From the NCBI GenBank assembly GCA_034670305.1, contig JAXMNT010000098.1, positions 1-11,217 on the forward strand: 11,217 nt of DNA, written 5' to 3'. Numbering within the stretch: the first letter of the stretch is position 1; every line of letters starts with the position of its first letter. Positions 8,642-11,217 of this stretch are shown piece by piece. Below the pieces are notes generated by a model, which saw only the letters and a list, made by a program, of their open reading frames with translations, was not told where the DNA came from and did no database searches. Made by a program: the position numbers and the translations under genes. The DNA comes from Deltaproteobacteria bacterium (GTDB lineage Bacteria > Myxococcota_A > Polyangia > Polyangiales > Houyiibacteriaceae).

Positions 8642-10045
8642 TCAGAGGCACCGGTTGGTGCCCATGACCCGGTCGCCTTCGAGGCCCGTGCACAGAAAGA
8701 GGTAGGTCGTGCCTTTGCCGGTCGCGGCCAGGACCGGTTCGTCGCGCTCCATGCCCCCGAGGCCGGTGCGTACGGTGGTGACTTCGCCGCCAAGCAAGTC
8801 GTCGGCGGCCATGTCGGCGTGGAAGAGCGCGACCGCCGCGCTGGCGTCCGGACCGGACGCGCCGCCCGGCAAGACGAATGCGGCGCCGCCGGCCGCGCCG
8901 CCCGCGCTGCTTCTCGGGGCGCCCACCAACAGGTCTCCGTCGCCGTCGCCATCGAAGTCGCCGATCGCCATCGAAGCGCCGAAACCGAGGCAGCCGACTC
9001 CGTCGACGCTCGGGCACGCAAGCGCTTGCGAAGGCGGGTCGTCGCTCGCGCCCACGGTGGTGCAGCCGATCCCGCCGACCAGATCCGAGATCTGAACCCG
9101 CAGCACCCGCTCGTTGGGCATGTCGCCGATGAACACCTCGGGTTGTCCGTCGCCGTCGGTGTCGCCGAGCGCGAGTCCCGAACCCTCTTCGATGAACTCA
9201 CGCGGCGCGCGAATGTCGACGCCGTCGATGCAACCGAGGGTCACGGTCTGGGTCTCACCGGCGACCTGACCGAGTCCGAACACCACCACTCGAGAGAGGC
9301 CCGGTGCGGCGGCGGCGACGATCACTGCGTCGCTGTCGAGTCCGGCGAGCGCCGGAATCGCGTGCGCGACGATCTTCGATCCGAATGCGGCGGAAGCGCC
9401 GATGCCTGCGCCATCCGGGCCAGGGAGGGCCACCGGCATCGCGTTGTCCTGGCGGATGCGGTAGATCCGGCCGCCGCCTTCGCCGGGCGCGCCGACCAGC
9501 AGGACGCCGACGGCGTTGTCGGCAGGCAAGGCCGCGAGCGAGGTGCCGAAGCCGACTTCGGGGATCGGCGTGAAGGTCTCGACCGCCGCGGGCATGAACT
9601 CGCAGTTGACGCGCAGCTGACCCTCGTCTTCGGTCACGCCGAGTCCGGGACGGACCACGCTGGTGACCACGCAGTCGCGGGTGCCGCGCCACTGAGGCAA
9701 CGCCGCGAGGTCGCCGCCGGTGCCGGGCGGACAGTCCGGATCGTCGGTGGCGATGTCGTCGCATCCGTTGAACTTCGGCGCGAGCGATCCGAGCTCGGCG
9801 CCGGTCCAGATGTCCGTCACGATGTGGGGGGAACCGGGTCCGGCGCCGGCCAAGAGCCGCGAGATCGGCACCCCGTCGCTCTCACCCACGTACGAAGTGA
9901 GCGTCAGTCCGAACTGACCGATGGGGTACCCGCTCGGCGGATCGAGCGAGACGATGGGTGCGCTGGCTTCGATGTCGTCGAAGGGCGCGAGGCGGCACGC
10001 GGAGAGCGCGAACGCGAAGAAGAGGAGCAGCGTGAAGCGGCGCAT
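8642..10045 (-). CDS. Lipoprotein with FG-GAP (integrin-alpha-like beta-propeller) repeats, 467 aa
   Basis: MRRFTLLLFFAFALSA-C17 lipobox. Blades include FGLTL..LAGAGP, FGTSLA..LLVGAP, FGSKIV..AAAAP, GSGLALGDTDGDGQPEVFIG and FGASMAIGDFDGDGDGDLLVGAP; two carry DxDxDG Ca2+ loops. Confidence 0.92.
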   Translation of the reverse strand: MRRFTLLLFFAFALSACRLAPFDDIEASAPIVSLDPPSGYPIGQFGLTLTSYVGESDGVPISRLLAGAGPGSPHIVTDIWTGAELGSLAPKFNGCDDIATDDPDCPPGTGGDLAALPQWRGTRDCVVTSVVRPGLGVTEDEGQLRVNCEFMPAAVETFTPIPEVGFGTSLAALPADNAVGVLLVGAPGEGGGRIYRIRQDNAMPVALPGPDGAGIGASAAFGSKIVAHAIPALAGLDSDAVIVAAAAPGLSRVVVFGLGQVAGETQTVTLGCIDGVDIRAPREFIEEGSGLALGDTDGDGQPEVFIGDMPNERVLRVQISDLVGGIGCTTVGASDDPPSQALACPSVDGVGCLGFGASMAIGDFDGDGDGDLLVGAPRSSAGGAAGGAAFVLPGGASGPDASAAVALFHADMAADDLLGGEVTTVRTGLGGMERDEPVLAATGKGTTYLFLCTGLEGDRVMGTNRCL

Positions 10046-10046
10046 C

Positions 10047-11217
10047 TCAGAAAGTCCAATCCAGGGAGGCGCCCGCGGCGCGCTGCCGAAGGTCCACGTG
10101 GGGTCGCAAGGTCCAGTCGCGCGGCTCGAGCGTCGTGCCCTCCGAGTCTGGCAAGCCGTCTCGGAGGAAGTAGTACACCGAGAGGAAACCCATCAGGGCA
10201 CCGAGGCCGAACGCGCCGTTGGCGGCGATGGTGTAGATCTTCGCGCGCAGGAAACGCGGGTCGTCGTTGGCGAGGACCCCGGCGTCGCGGTCGAGTTGCA
10301 GCTCGTCCTGCAGGTTGTTGGCGAGCAAGCCCATCGCGAGCCCGCCGCCGAGGACGGCCGCGCTGAGGATGGCCGTGGCCCAGGCGCCGCCGCGCGAGAC
10401 GGCGGGACGCAAGCGGACCCGGATCGGGGTGAGCTGTCCCCGCTGCACGTCGACGACCTCTTCCCAGTCTTTCATTCCGTCGCGTTCGACGGTGATGCGG
10501 TGGGTGCCGGCCGGGACTTCGCCGTCGTACGGGATCTCGCCGACCTCTGCGCCGTCGACGCGCACCATGGCGCCGGGGGTGTTGCCCACCACCCGAATGC
10601 GTCCGAAGGTCACCCGTTCGAGTTCGAGTTGCTGGGAGACGTCTTCGCCAATCGACACTTCGACGTCGCGCTCTTGGGTGACGTAGCCGGGCCGCTCGAC
10701 CCAGATGTGGTGTTCTCCAATCGCGATGACATTCGAGAACGGCGTCTGACCGACGGCTCCGAGTTCGCGGTCGTCGATGTAGACGTCGGCGCCCGGCGGG
10801 TCGGTGACGACCCGGACGTACCCGAGGAACTCGCCCTGGCTCATCTCGAGGATGGCCACGTAGACCTTGCCCGCCCGGATGCGCATGGGCCGGGTGACGG
10901 TGCGGAAGTCCGGGTGTTCGACCGAGATCTCGTACTCGCCTTCGTCGAGCGTCTCCGCGAAGGGAGAACCTCCCCGAGCGATCTCGCGGGTGCCCTGGCG
11001 CAGAATCACGATCGCGTCCGCGGGCTGGGTCTCGACGGAGAGCAGCGACTTCATCAGGTGCGGACCGGACGGTTGTGCACCGACGCCGGTGCCGGTGCCG
11101 GTCTCTCCGCCGGTGCCGGTCTCTCCGCCGGTGCCGGTCTCTCCGCCGGTGCCGGTCTCTCCGCCGGTGCCGGTCTCTCCGCCGGTGCCGGTCTCTCCGC
11201 CGGTGCCGGTCTCTCCG
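10047..11217 (-). CDS. PEGA-domain membrane/surface protein (partial; 5' end outside the window)
   Basis: The frame is open from the window edge through (GGETGT)n GTGVGAQPSGPHL into the ORF-track Met at 11054. Three PEGA-like repeats (VETQPADA..., VTDPPGADVYIDD..GQTP..GEHHIWVERPGY, NTPGAMVRVDG..GTHRITVERDG), two hydrophobic helices and C-terminal ..GASLDWTF. Confidence 0.9.
   Translation of the reverse strand, partial: GETGTGGETGTGGETGTGGETGTGGETGTGGETGTGGETGTGTGVGAQPSGPHLMKSLLSVETQPADAIVILRQGTREIARGGSPFAETLDEGEYEISVEHPDFRTVTRPMRIRAGKVYVAILEMSQGEFLGYVRVVTDPPGADVYIDDRELGAVGQTPFSNVIAIGEHHIWVERPGYVTQERDVEVSIGEDVSQQLELERVTFGRIRVVGNTPGAMVRVDGAEVGEIPYDGEVPAGTHRITVERDGMKDWEEVVDVQRGQLTPIRVRLRPAVSRGGAWATAILSAAVLGGGLAMGLLANNLQDELQLDRDAGVLANDDPRFLRAKIYTIAANGAFGLGALMGFLSVYYFLRDGLPDSEGTTLEPRDWTLRPHVDLRQRAAGASLDWTF
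11092..11217. repeat. Perfect 18-bp tandem repeat CCGGTGCCGGTCTCTCCG x7 (runs off the window end), coding Gly/Glu/Thr linker
   Basis: Seven identical units from 11092-11109 to 11200-11217, with no spacers. The minus strand encodes GGETGT repeats in frame with the PEGA gene. Confidence 0.97.

Noticed and set aside
11092..11217. Possible CRISPR array
   Set aside because: Units are head-to-tail with no spacers, only 18 bp long and in frame within a CDS; no cas genes are present.

Overview
High-GC bacterial DNA whose gene content (PEGA/FG-GAP/Cys-rich lipoproteins, sigma54 activator) resembles Myxococcota, probably Polyangia; this is inference only. It holds nine coding genes plus a possible gene tail at the left edge. 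Minus-strand block: SDR oxidoreductase, enlarged calcineurin-like metallophosphoesterase, membrane-anchored Asp-box/beta-propeller protein, uncharacterised 270-aa protein. Divergent plus-strand pair: a non-canonical RNB (RNase II/R family) nuclease overlapping (ATGA) a Cys-rich lipoprotein. Convergent minus-strand operon: 5'-truncated PEGA protein with a perfect 18-bp VNTR, FG-GAP lipoprotein, NtrC-type sigma54 response regulator. No rRNA, tRNA, CRISPR array or transposase was seen. The best leads are the divergent RNB active site, a recurring leaderless-promoter signature, an IS-end-like mini inverted repeat beside a G-rich hexamer tract, and the PEGA/FG-GAP/activator operon. The sequence alone does not demonstrate a new system; these are testable hypotheses.
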